A stretch of 64,000 nucleotides of DNA from Candidatus Omnitrophota bacterium. Lineage in GTDB: Bacteria; Omnitrophota; Gorgyraeia; Zapsychrales; Aceulaceae. The position numbers and the translations under genes are program-made. Positions 9,006-17,942 of this stretch are shown piece after piece. The stretch covers positions 163,640 to 227,639 of the forward strand of contig JAKQPK010000023.1 in assembly GCA_029564765.1 (NCBI GenBank). Reading direction: 5' to 3'. Below the pieces are notes generated by a model that saw nothing but the letters and a program-made list of their open reading frames with translations, was not told the origin of the DNA and ran no database searches. The first letter of the stretch is position 1. Every line of letters starts with the position of its first letter.

Positions 9006-12000
9006 CTAAACAGCGGCAGGCACAGGGACTTCCTTCTCCACTTCTTTTTCTTCATCGGACAAGCGCACGGAAACGATCTTGGACACGCCGCGCTCCTGCA
9101 TCGTGACACCATACATCACATTAGCGCAATTGATCGTTTTCTTGTTATGCGTGATCACGATGAATTGCGCGATCTTAGAGAACTCCTGCAACAGATAGCT
9201 GTAGCGGCCCACATTGGATTCATCTAGGGCCGCGTCGATCTCATCTAAAACGCAGAAAGGACTGGGCTTGACCTTGAAGACCGCGAAAATAAGCGCGATC
9301 GCGGTCATCGTTTTTTCGCCGCCAGAGAGAAGACCGATGTTCTGCAGCTTCTTTCCTGGAGGGCGGGCGACAATATCAATACCGGATTCCAGGACATTCT
9401 CCTGGTCGACTAAGATCAAATCGGCCTCGCCGCCGCCAAAAAGCATACGGAAATAAATACGGAACTCTTCGCTGACCTTCGTAAAGGTATCCACGAACAG
9501 CTGTCGGGTCGTTTTGTTGATCTTGTTGATCGTCTGCATCAAAGAATCTTTTGCCTGCAGAAGGTCGCTTTGTTGCTTTGTTAAGAATTCAAAACGCTGG
9601 CGAAGCTCTTCGTATTCTTCGATCGCCACGAGATTCACGGTCCCAAAGGATTCGCAATGTTTGCGCAAGGACTGGATATCTTGATCGATCTGATCAAAGC
9701 TGATCTCCGCGCGCGCGGCCGTGATCTTGGCATGGAACGCTTTCACGTCCTCCTGATGTTTCTGCTGGGCCAGCAGTTCATCGCTGGTCAAAGCACTGGC
9801 GACGGCCTCTGGCACGATCATCTCATCCAAGACAGGGTCTGGCTCCCGATAATTAACAAGTTCATCAAAATCAACCTTGTATGCCTGGAAAAGCTTATCT
9901 TTTAAGCTTTGTTCATTAAAAGTGATCTCTTGCTTTTTCAATTCTTGAGCGTGGGCATTGCCTTGGATCTGCTCTAGAGCGCTTTGAACACTCTTGACTT
10001 TCACGCGCACATCAGCGATGCGCGCGAAGATCTCTTCTTTCTGCTGCACGTATGTCGTCAGAACGCTTGCAAGCTCCTGTTGCTTGATCTGCACATCAGC
10101 GATCTTCTGGCGCAAATGCGCAATAGAGGCTTGATATTCCCCTCTTTTGGCCTGATCGTTCTGGTCGTCATCCTCTACCCTTTTCAACTCTTGCGCGCTC
10201 TCGATCAAGGCATCCTCAAACATCTTTAAGTCGCCCTGAAAGGATTGTTCCTGCCCGCGATAAGAATCGATCTGCGTTTCTAGCTGGGTGATCTCAAGCA
10301 GAACGTGTTCGCGTTCTTGGCCCTTAATAGCGATCTCGTCTTGGCGGCCCTTGATCGTCGCCTGAAATGCTTCGATCTCTTGCGTGGCCGTGTTCAACTC
10401 CTGCGTTAAGGCATCCTCTCGGCTCTTTAAATGCGTCAAAGAATCTTTGGTTTCCTGGAGCTCCTGGGTGATAATGTTCAACTCATCAAAAAGCTTGCTT
10501 GACTCTTCCAAGATATTGTTCTTGCGCGCTTCATGGCGTGACAGTTCGCGCTCTTGCTCATGGATCGCCACACCCACGCGGCTGACCTGATTTTCCACCT
10601 CTGTCATTTGAGCAACCATGGCGGCTTTTTGCTCTAAATGACGATCTACTTCCGCGGTCAACTCGTTGATCTGATTAGTGATCTGCTCCGGATCAAGCTC
10701 AATGAATTTTGTTTCACATTTTATTTCATAAACAGATTGGCCATTAGCCAAGGAAACGAAACGCTCACCCAGGCCTCTGACCTGATCTTCTGTTAGCCCT
10801 TCAACGGACCTGATCTTTCCGATGATCCCTTTTTTATCATCTGTCGGCGGCTGGGCTGTGAGCAATGACCCCTGACAAGCCACATCAGACCCTGTCTCAT
10901 ACTGAGCGCGCAGATCCTCGATAAATTCTCGCTTGGATCGAAGGGCTAACTTTAAATTCTCCAGATCGCTGATGGTCTTCTCTAAAACAGCCATCGCCTC
11001 TTTCAGCTGCTGCCAACTTCTTTCATATGTCTCTTTTTCAGCGCGCAGGTCCGCGATCTTTTCCGAGCAACGATCGATGTCTTCAGAGACACTGCGCAAC
11101 TTGTTATCGACATCTTCTTTTTCGCAACCCACTTTATCATTTTCAAAATCCAAACGGCGTTTGCGGGCTAGCGAGCTCTGAAAGCTTTTCATGATCTCGG
11201 TCAGATCGTTCTTAATATGGGTCTGCTTCGTCGACCGCTCAAAGATCGCCTCTTCCTCTTGTTTAATGGCAGATTTATGCTGATGGATCTGTTCTTGCAA
11301 AGAATTCAAAAGTTCCTTTTTCAGATCAAGCTCTTGGGTATTCTTCTGGATACTGTCGACAAGGTTCTGATAGGACGCCTTCAAGCCCAAGACCTTTTCC
11401 TCCTGGCCGCGGCAGCGTTCTTTTAGCTGGACCTTTTGCTCTTCATGGCGCAGATGATCGGTATCAATATTGGCGATACGCTCTTCATTAAAATGGATCT
11501 GGCGGCTTTCGATCTCGATCTGGTTTTCAAGTTTGATATTCTCACGTTGCAGTTCATTAGCTTTCTCGTCCAACTCGCTGACCAAACGGTTCTCTTCCGC
11601 GAGCTGATGGTTCAGCTTCTCTAATTCATCACCAAGCAAAGACTCTTCTTTCTGATAGCTCTGCAAAGAATTTTCCAGGTCCTGTCGTTCTTGATTAAAA
11701 TTCGTGATATGTTTTTGCGCGGCAAAAAACTCCAAGACCTTCAAGCGCTCATGTTCTTCCTTATACTTCTGCGCTTTCTTTGCTTGTCGCTCAATGGAAG
11801 CGATCTGACGTTTTACCTCTGTGATAATGTCATTACTGCGTAACAAATTATTCTCAACATCTTCAAGCTTGTTCAATGCCTCACGTTTCTTTGCCTTGTA
11901 TTTGGTGATCCCTGCCGCTTCATCGAAGATCAGTCGGCGGTCATCCGGGCGAGCGCTCACGACAAGATCCACCTTCCCTTGCTGAACCAAAGAATACGCC

Positions 12001-12407
12001 TCCGCACCGACCCCTGTTCCCATGAGCAACTCTAAAATATCCTTTAAGCGCACCGGTGTTTTGTTCAATAAATATTCACTCTCCCCAGAACGGAATAGCC
12101 TGCGCGAAACCGTGACCTCATCATATTCAATAGGAAAGATCTTGTTCTCATTGGAGAAAGTAAGGCTGACTTCAGCAAAGTTCAATGGTTGGCGCTGGTT
12201 GGTCCCGCTGAAGATAACATCTTCCTTGTTAGAGCCGCGCAATTCTTTCATGCTCTGCTCGCCTAAAACCCATCGGATCGCGTCAAAAACATTGCTTTTG
12301 CCGCAACCATTAGGGCCCACAACGGCTGTGATGCCGGGCTCAAAATTCAAGACAGTTTTATCAGCGAATGATTTAAATCCAAAGATCTCAACGCGCTTAA
12401 GGTACAT
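9006..12407 (-). CDS. smc: Chromosome segregation ATPase SMC (atypically short hinge)
   Basis: GFKSF, Walker A GPNGCGKSN, Q-loop QQGKV, signature LSGGEK, Walker B LDEIDAALD, ITH; long coiled coils. Confidence 0.93.
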   Translation of the reverse strand: MYLKRVEIFGFKSFADKTVLNFEPGITAVVGPNGCGKSNVFDAIRWVLGEQSMKELRGSNKEDVIFSGTNQRQPLNFAEVSLTFSNENKIFPIEYDEVTVSRRLFRSGESEYLLNKTPVRLKDILELLMGTGVGAEAYSLVQQGKVDLVVSARPDDRRLIFDEAAGITKYKAKKREALNKLEDVENNLLRSNDIITEVKRQIASIERQAKKAQKYKEEHERLKVLEFFAAQKHITNFNQERQDLENSLQSYQKEESLLGDELEKLNHQLAEENRLVSELDEKANELQRENIKLENQIEIESRQIHFNEERIANIDTDHLRHEEQKVQLKERCRGQEEKVLGLKASYQNLVDSIQKNTQELDLKKELLNSLQEQIHQHKSAIKQEEEAIFERSTKQTHIKNDLTEIMKSFQSSLARKRRLDFENDKVGCEKEDVDNKLRSVSEDIDRCSEKIADLRAEKETYERSWQQLKEAMAVLEKTISDLENLKLALRSKREFIEDLRAQYETGSDVACQGSLLTAQPPTDDKKGIIGKIRSVEGLTEDQVRGLGERFVSLANGQSVYEIKCETKFIELDPEQITNQINELTAEVDRHLEQKAAMVAQMTEVENQVSRVGVAIHEQERELSRHEARKNNILEESSKLFDELNIITQELQETKDSLTHLKSREDALTQELNTATQEIEAFQATIKGRQDEIAIKGQEREHVLLEITQLETQIDSYRGQEQSFQGDLKMFEDALIESAQELKRVEDDDQNDQAKRGEYQASIAHLRQKIADVQIKQQELASVLTTYVQQKEEIFARIADVRVKVKSVQSALEQIQGNAHAQELKKQEITFNEQSLKDKLFQAYKVDFDELVNYREPDPVLDEMIVPEAVASALTSDELLAQQKHQEDVKAFHAKITAARAEISFDQIDQDIQSLRKHCESFGTVNLVAIEEYEELRQRFEFLTKQQSDLLQAKDSLMQTINKINKTTRQLFVDTFTKVSEEFRIYFRMLFGGGEADLILVDQENVLESGIDIVARPPGKKLQNIGLLSGGEKTMTAIALIFAVFKVKPSPFCVLDEIDAALDESNVGRYSYLLQEFSKIAQFIVITHNKKTINCANVMYGVTMQERGVSKIVSVRLSDEEKEVEKEVPVPAAV

Positions 12408-12434
12408 ACTAAAACCTTTCTATTAAAAATGGTT

Positions 12435-12704
12435 TTACGCTTTGACGGTTTTGCTGTTTATGATATCGTGAACGATCTGTACGGTCTGATCCAACGATGT
12501 GAACTTCGGCAATGTATCCTCAGGGACAACGATCCGATATTTTTTCTCGATCCCCGCGAGGATCTCCAAAGCCATCATTGAATCCATACCGAGATCTTTA
12601 ACAAAATTGGCCTCACCGTTGATCGACTGCGGATCTGCCTCGATGATCTCTGCCACCATCGCCCGAAGGTCTTTCTCGATCGTTTCTTTTGTTAGATTTG
12701 CCAT
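12435..12704 (-). CDS. Acyl carrier protein (stand-alone)
   Basis: DLGMDSMMALEI phosphopantetheine site; 89 aa, acidic; start overlaps upstream HTH gene with GGAGG RBS. Confidence 0.9.
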   Translation of the reverse strand: MANLTKETIEKDLRAMVAEIIEADPQSINGEANFVKDLGMDSMMALEILAGIEKKYRIVVPEDTLPKFTSLDQTVQIVHDIINSKTVKA

Positions 12705-12886
12705 ACCCCTCCTCCTTGATTCTGAGCTTCAAGCCATTGATCAATGCGATCTCTCTTAAAGCGCCACTGTCCAACTGTCTTGATCGCAGGGATCTTACCC
12801 TTCTTGACCCAGTCATAAACAGTCCGCTTCTTAACTTTAAGATAAGACGCGACTTCTTCGATTGTCATTAAAGCTTCGAAAGGCAT
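12692..12886 (-). CDS. Small Xis/BldC-like (HTH_17, MerR superfamily) DNA-binding protein
   Basis: LMTIEEVASYLKVKKRTVYDWVKKGKIPAIKTVGQWRF is a typical excisionase-family HTH plus wing. Confidence 0.9.
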   Translation of the reverse strand: MPFEALMTIEEVASYLKVKKRTVYDWVKKGKIPAIKTVGQWRFKRDRIDQWLEAQNQGGGVWQI

Positions 12887-12959
12887 TACATTATTTCTCT
12901 TATCGATACATTTAGTTTGTTATTATGATGTCTATGTCTATTGGATGTATTCTTGTTCT

Positions 12960-12988
12960 ACTTTATTACATTAAGCTCATTTTGTCAA
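12960..12988 (-). promoter_or_regulatory. sigma70-type promoter for the HTH-ACP-smc operon
   Basis: Minus strand TTGACA (12988-12983), 17 bp spacer, TAAAGT (12965-12960). Confidence 0.55.
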
Positions 12989-13065
12989 GTAATAATTCAT
13001 TTAATGTTATTAAAATACATAAAGAATCTATAAAATGCTCTATTGCTCGCTTAAAGCCCTATAAC

Positions 13066-13100
13066 TTACATATAATTACATTCATTTACATATATTACAT
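13066..13100. repeat. Four phased TTACAT direct repeats
   Basis: TTACAT at 13066, 13076, 13086 and 13095; further copies at 12886 and 12966. Confidence 0.75.
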
Positions 13101-13272
13101 TATCTCATAATAATAATAAATAGGAAGTATTAAAACATTATTTCATCTTAAATAAATGAATGAATATATCAATGAGATCTTTTAAATGATCTTCTTTCAT
13201 GAACTATTTTTCTTAAGCTCTGAAAGGGCTATATATAGGAAGAGAAAGCTTCAAAGAAAAGAAAAAAAATTA

Positions 13273-13302
13273 TTGCTTTTTTTGCTGACATTATGGTAGT
13301 AT
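13273..13302 (+). promoter_or_regulatory. sigma70-type promoter for the acyl-CoA dehydrogenase-etf operon
   Basis: TTGCTT, 18 bp spacer, TAGTAT with extended -10 TG. Confidence 0.5.
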
Positions 13303-13437
13303 TGAAAAAGTTTCGTAAAGATTTTTATCATATTCAATAAAGCCCAGTCCTGAAGATCAACGCGAAAGCCAGAAAGAGACTGGCACGTCCTTGACTTTCA
13401 ATGGATCGCTCAGAAAGCACATAAAACGGAGGAATCA

Positions 13438-14589
13438 ATGGATTATTTATTGACCGAAGAACAAGTCATGCTCAGAGATCTTTGTCGTCAGATCACGGAT
13501 GAGAAGATCATGCCCGTGGCGGCTCATTATGATGAAACAGAAGAATTTCCTTGGGATATCGTGAAGGTCATGGCGGAATCAGATATTTTCGGTGTTTATA
13601 TCGATGAAAAATACGGTGGAATGGGTGGCGGCCTGCTTGAACTTTGTATCGCCACCGAAGAATTTTCTCGTGGCTGCGCGGGCATTGCCCTGGCGTTTTC
13701 CGCGACAGCGCTCGGGACCGATCCTATCCTTCTTTTTGGCAGCGAAGAACAAAAAGAAAAATACCTTCCCAGTATCGCCTCTGGAAAAAAATTAGCAGCC
13801 TTTGCCATCACAGAACCGGCAGCCGGCTCAGACGCGAGTGCGATGCAGACAACGGCTAAAAAAGATGGCGATCATTACATCTTGAATGGGACAAAACATT
13901 TTATCACCAATGGCGGTGAAGCTGAGATCTATACCGTTGTTGCGATGACCAGCAAAGATCGCGGAGCGCGCGGAGCGAGCGTTTTTATCGTCGAGAAAGG
14001 GACGCCTGGATTTACATTCGGCAAAAAAGAAGATAAGCTTGGTATCCGCGGGTCAGCGACAAGAGAGCTCATCTTCACGGATTGTCGTATCCCGAAAGAA
14101 AATATGATCGGCAAGGAAGGTCAAGGATTCTTGATCGCGATGAGAACGTTTGATATGTCCCGCCCAGGTATCGGCGCGCAGGCTCTTGGGATCGCCCAGG
14201 GCGCTTTTGAAGCCGCTGTCAAATATTCCAAAGAACGAAAACAATTCGGCAAACCGATCTCAAGCTTTCAAGGTATACAGTTCATGCTTGCGGATATGGC
14301 GACACAGATCGAGGCAGCCCGCGCGTTAGTTTACGCGTCCGCGCGACAGATCGATGCTGGGGCTAAGAGCCTTACCAAGGACTCAGCCATGGCAAAGATG
14401 TTCGCTTCCGATGTGGCCATGAAGGTCACGACCGACGCGGTACAGATCTTTGGCGGCTACGGCTACATGAAAGAGTATCCAGTTGAAAAGTATATGCGCG
14501 ATGCGAAGATCACACAGATCTATGAAGGGACCAATCAGATCCAACGCAACATTATCGCGCTCAACCTCATTAAGGAAATGTCTAAATAA
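13438..14589 (+). CDS. Acyl-CoA dehydrogenase (butyryl-CoA dehydrogenase/Bcd-like)
   Basis: AFAITEPAAGSDA, LNGTKHFITNG, QIFGGYGYMKEYPVEKYMRDAKITQIYEGTNQIQR. Confidence 0.95.
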   Translation: MDYLLTEEQVMLRDLCRQITDEKIMPVAAHYDETEEFPWDIVKVMAESDIFGVYIDEKYGGMGGGLLELCIATEEFSRGCAGIALAFSATALGTDPILLFGSEEQKEKYLPSIASGKKLAAFAITEPAAGSDASAMQTTAKKDGDHYILNGTKHFITNGGEAEIYTVVAMTSKDRGARGASVFIVEKGTPGFTFGKKEDKLGIRGSATRELIFTDCRIPKENMIGKEGQGFLIAMRTFDMSRPGIGAQALGIAQGAFEAAVKYSKERKQFGKPISSFQGIQFMLADMATQIEAARALVYASARQIDAGAKSLTKDSAMAKMFASDVAMKVTTDAVQIFGGYGYMKEYPVEKYMRDAKITQIYEGTNQIQRNIIALNLIKEMSK

Positions 14590-15374
14590 TGAACATCGTT
14601 GTCTGCATTAAACAAGTTCCTGATACGACCCAAGTCCGCATTGATCCCGTCACCAATACGCTCATCCGCGAAGGCGTGCAGTCGATCATTAATCCTTTCG
14701 ACATGTACGCGATCGAAGAAGCTGTTCGCCTGAAAGAAAAATTCAATGGTAAAGCAACAGTGGTCACAATGGGCCCTCCGCAAGCGGATGCCGCGCTGCG
14801 GGAAGCTATTTCGATGGGCTGTGATGAGGGCGTCTTAGTGAGTGACCGCGCGTTCGCCGGATCAGACACTTTAGCAACGGGTTATACATTGGCGATGGCC
14901 ATCAAGAAGGTCGGCGCTGTTGATATTATCCTCTGTGGTAAACAGGCTTCTGATGGCGATACCGCACAGGTCGGCCCAGGGATCGCCACGCAACTAGATA
15001 TCCCTCAAGTGACCTATGTCAAAAAGATCGAGGATATAAAAGATAATCACGCGACAGTTGAGCGCATGACCGAGGAAGGTTTTGAGATCGTTAAGACATC
15101 CCTCCCTTGCCTTTTAACGGTCGTCAAAGAGATCAACGAACCACGCATCCCATCTTTAAAAGGGCGCATGAAAGCGAAAAAGGCGGAGATCATCTCCTGG
15201 AAAGCCGTTGATCTCGATTTAGAAGAAGAAAAATTGGGCCTCAAAGGGTCTCCGACGTGGGTCTCAAAGATCTTTACACCGCCGCCGCGGCCCAAAGGAC
15301 AGGTCTTCGAAGGAGACTGTGAAGACACAACAACGAAACTCGTGGAAGCGATCAAAGATAGGTTAGTCGCATGA
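14589..15374 (+). CDS. etfB: Electron transfer flavoprotein beta subunit
   Basis: VCIKQVPDT, AFAGSDTLAT, GKQASDGDTAQVGP, INEPRIPS. Confidence 0.96.
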   Translation: MNIVVCIKQVPDTTQVRIDPVTNTLIREGVQSIINPFDMYAIEEAVRLKEKFNGKATVVTMGPPQADAALREAISMGCDEGVLVSDRAFAGSDTLATGYTLAMAIKKVGAVDIILCGKQASDGDTAQVGPGIATQLDIPQVTYVKKIEDIKDNHATVERMTEEGFEIVKTSLPCLLTVVKEINEPRIPSLKGRMKAKKAEIISWKAVDLDLEEEKLGLKGSPTWVSKIFTPPPRPKGQVFEGDCEDTTTKLVEAIKDRLVA

Positions 15375-16567
15375 GCATTCAGATCATCAAAGATAAATGT
15401 ACCGGATGCACCTTGTGCGTTAAGGTCTGCCCTTTCGGGGCGATCACTATTGTCAGTAAAAAAGCTGTTATCAACTATGATAAATGCACCCTCTGCGGGG
15501 CTTGCGTTGAATCCTGCAAGTTCGATGCGATCGATCTCAAACGCGATGCCAGCAAGACACCTAATCTAGAAGAATACAAAGGTATCTGGGTTTTTGCTGA
15601 ACAAAAAAAAGGTGTTATCCAATCGGTCGTTTTTGAGCTCTTAGGTAAAGCGCGTGAACTCTCCGATAAGCTCGGCGCCGAAGTTTCATGCGTGCTCTTA
15701 GGGCATAATATCAAGGATAAGGCCCAAGAACTGATCTGCCGCGGCGCTGACAATGTGTATGTGGTGGACACGCCTGAGCTTGAGCACTATCTTGACGAGC
15801 CGTATACCCGCGCGCTGGTCAATATTATCCGTAAATACCGTCCAGAGATATTTTTATGCGGAGCAACCTTTATTGGACGCTCTCTGATCTCCCGTGTCGC
15901 GGTCAAGCTGCACACAGGATTAACAGCGGATTGCACAGGGCTGGACATCGATCCAAAAGAAAAATTCTTGATGCAAACCCGCCCTGCCTTTGGCGGCAAC
16001 ATCATGGCGACGATCTTAAGCAAGAATCACCGCCCTCAAATGGCAACGGTCCGCCATAAAGTATTCAAGGAATCCGAACGCGACACCGCGCGTAAGGGCA
16101 AGATCATCGAGGAAACGGTGTCTAAAACACTTTTAACATCCCGCACTAAATTACTCGACATCGTGGAAGAAGTGACATCAACGATCAATATCGCGGAAGC
16201 GGATATCATCGTTTCTGGCGGACGCGGCATGAAAGGGCCTGAAAACTTCGCGATCCTAGAAGAGCTTGCCAAGGTCTTAGGCGGCGCGGTCGGTTCATCG
16301 CGCGCGGCGGTCGACGCGGGTTGGATGCCTTATTCACATCAGGTCGGACAAACAGGAAAAACGGTCTGCCCCAAGCTCTATATCGCCTGCGGTATCTCAG
16401 GACAGATCCAGCACCTAGTCGGCATGCAATCATCCAATATTATTATCGCGATCAATCAAGACCCACATGCTCCGATCTTTACGGTCGCCAATTATGGGAT
16501 CGTTGGGGACGTGTTCCAGGTCGTTCCTCTGTTAACGAAAAAATTTAAAGCCGCGCTCAACCGCTAA
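15371..16567 (+). CDS. etfA: Electron transfer flavoprotein alpha subunit with N-terminal 2x[4Fe-4S] ferredoxin
   Basis: CTGCTLCVKVCP and CTLCGACVESC; RPAFGGN, SGGRG, QVGQTGKTV, GISGQIQH. Confidence 0.96.
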   Translation: MSIQIIKDKCTGCTLCVKVCPFGAITIVSKKAVINYDKCTLCGACVESCKFDAIDLKRDASKTPNLEEYKGIWVFAEQKKGVIQSVVFELLGKARELSDKLGAEVSCVLLGHNIKDKAQELICRGADNVYVVDTPELEHYLDEPYTRALVNIIRKYRPEIFLCGATFIGRSLISRVAVKLHTGLTADCTGLDIDPKEKFLMQTRPAFGGNIMATILSKNHRPQMATVRHKVFKESERDTARKGKIIEETVSKTLLTSRTKLLDIVEEVTSTINIAEADIIVSGGRGMKGPENFAILEELAKVLGGAVGSSRAAVDAGWMPYSHQVGQTGKTVCPKLYIACGISGQIQHLVGMQSSNIIIAINQDPHAPIFTVANYGIVGDVFQVVPLLTKKFKAALNR

Positions 16568-16587
16568 GCTTTACAGCGATCACAATC

Positions 16588-16621
16588 AAAAGACCCCGCA
16601 GAAATTCTGCGGGGTCTTTTT
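16588..16621. terminator. Bidirectional intrinsic terminator between etfA and glgC
   Basis: AAAA-GACCCCGCAG-AAATT-CTGCGGGGTC-TTTTT between convergent genes. Confidence 0.9.
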
Positions 16622-16648
16622 CGCTTCTAATGATCTAAACCCTAAATT

Positions 16649-17872
16649 TTACTTCTCGAACGCCGCCTTTTTCGGCACGATCACAATGCCAGAGGTGGTG
16701 ACCGCGAAACGCTTACGGTCCAGATCCAAATGATATCCGATCTCCGCGCTGGCAGGGATCACGACTTCTTTGTCGATGATCGCGTTCTTGATCTTTGCAC
16801 CCTTGCCGATCACAACATCTGACATAATGATCGAATCACTGATCTGCACATTATTCTCAACGATCACATTGGGTGAAAGAATCGAACGGCGAATATGCGC
16901 GCCCTTGATCACGCAGCCACCCGACACGAAGGAATTCAAGATAACGCCTGGCTTGGCGCTGTCTTTAGACCCGGATGACAGGATCTTGATCGGTGGATAC
17001 TGTTCATGATAAGTGCGAATAGGCCATGTCTTGCGGAACAGGTCGAACTTTGGTGGTTGTCTTAGCAGGTCCATGTTCGCTTGATAGTACGAATCGCGCG
17101 TTCCGATATCACGCCAATAGCGTGGCTTGTCGTTCTTGTCCGCGAAATTATAAGCTAAGACACGTTTTTTCTGCGCGATCATCTGCGGGATAACATTTTT
17201 TCCAAAATCATGGTCTGAATCTTTCTTGCTCGCATCCTTTGTCAACTCTTCTACCAAGACTTCCCTGTTGAACAGATAGATCCCCATCGACGCGAAAATA
17301 CTGTTCGGGTCCCCTGGGATGGTCTTAGGCTGCTGGGGTTTTTCTTGAAACCCACAGATAAACCCATCTCGATCCACCTCCACGACGCCAAAATGCGCCG
17401 CGGAAGCCTTAGGCATCTTGACACAGCAGACGGTCACATCCGCATTCTTAACATTATGATATTCGAACACCCGGCTGTAATCCATGCGATAAACATGGTC
17501 GCCGGAAAGGATCAAGACTTTCTTAGGGTTGTAATCTTTGATCGCGTAAATGTTCTGATAGATCGCGTCCGCTGTCCCCCGATACCAATCCGAACCCACA
17601 CGCTGCTGAGGAGGGATCACGTCAATGAACTCCCCCAGTTGGCTGGAAACAACATCCCAACCGGCTAAAAGATGTTTTTGCAAAGAAAAAGACTTATACT
17701 GGATCAAAACAAAAATGCGCCTTAATCCTGAATTGATGCAATTACTTAATGTAAAATCCACGATCCGATAGATGCCTCCAAAAGGCACGGCCGGCTTCGC
17801 CCGGTCGCGGGTCAAAGGGTCTAACCGCTCACCTTTTCCTCCAGCTAGGATAAATGTTAAAATATCACGCAT
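16649..17872 (-). CDS. glgC: Glucose-1-phosphate adenylyltransferase
   Basis: LAGGKGERLDPLTRDRAKPAVPFGG, WYRGTADA, SGDHVYRMDY, DFGKNVIP, left-handed beta-helix tail. Confidence 0.95.
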   Translation of the reverse strand: MRDILTFILAGGKGERLDPLTRDRAKPAVPFGGIYRIVDFTLSNCINSGLRRIFVLIQYKSFSLQKHLLAGWDVVSSQLGEFIDVIPPQQRVGSDWYRGTADAIYQNIYAIKDYNPKKVLILSGDHVYRMDYSRVFEYHNVKNADVTVCCVKMPKASAAHFGVVEVDRDGFICGFQEKPQQPKTIPGDPNSIFASMGIYLFNREVLVEELTKDASKKDSDHDFGKNVIPQMIAQKKRVLAYNFADKNDKPRYWRDIGTRDSYYQANMDLLRQPPKFDLFRKTWPIRTYHEQYPPIKILSSGSKDSAKPGVILNSFVSGGCVIKGAHIRRSILSPNVIVENNVQISDSIIMSDVVIGKGAKIKNAIIDKEVVIPASAEIGYHLDLDRKRFAVTTSGIVIVPKKAAFEK

Positions 17873-17942
17873 AAAAACCTTTCTTTTGTATGATTATAGG
17901 ATCAAAATATTTATTCAACTGCCATCAAACCTGAATAATCTT

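Noticed and set aside
12692-12886. HTH gene as a prophage or ICE excisionase
   Set aside because: No integrase, tRNA/att site or phage genes nearby; it is translationally coupled to ACP.
12925-13110. 61-aa plus-strand ORF
   Set aside because: Low-complexity AT-rich translation overlapping promoter elements; no RBS or motif.
12890-13330. AT-rich spacer as replication origin
   Set aside because: No DnaA boxes (TTATCCACA-like) found by eye and no dnaA/dnaN/gidA nearby; explained as a divergent promoter region.
13313-13330. Possible Rex operator (TCGTAAAgattTTTATCA) after the etf-operon promoter
   Set aside because: Only about 9 of 14 positions match TTGTGAA-N4-TTCACAA in AT-rich DNA; plausible context but too weak.
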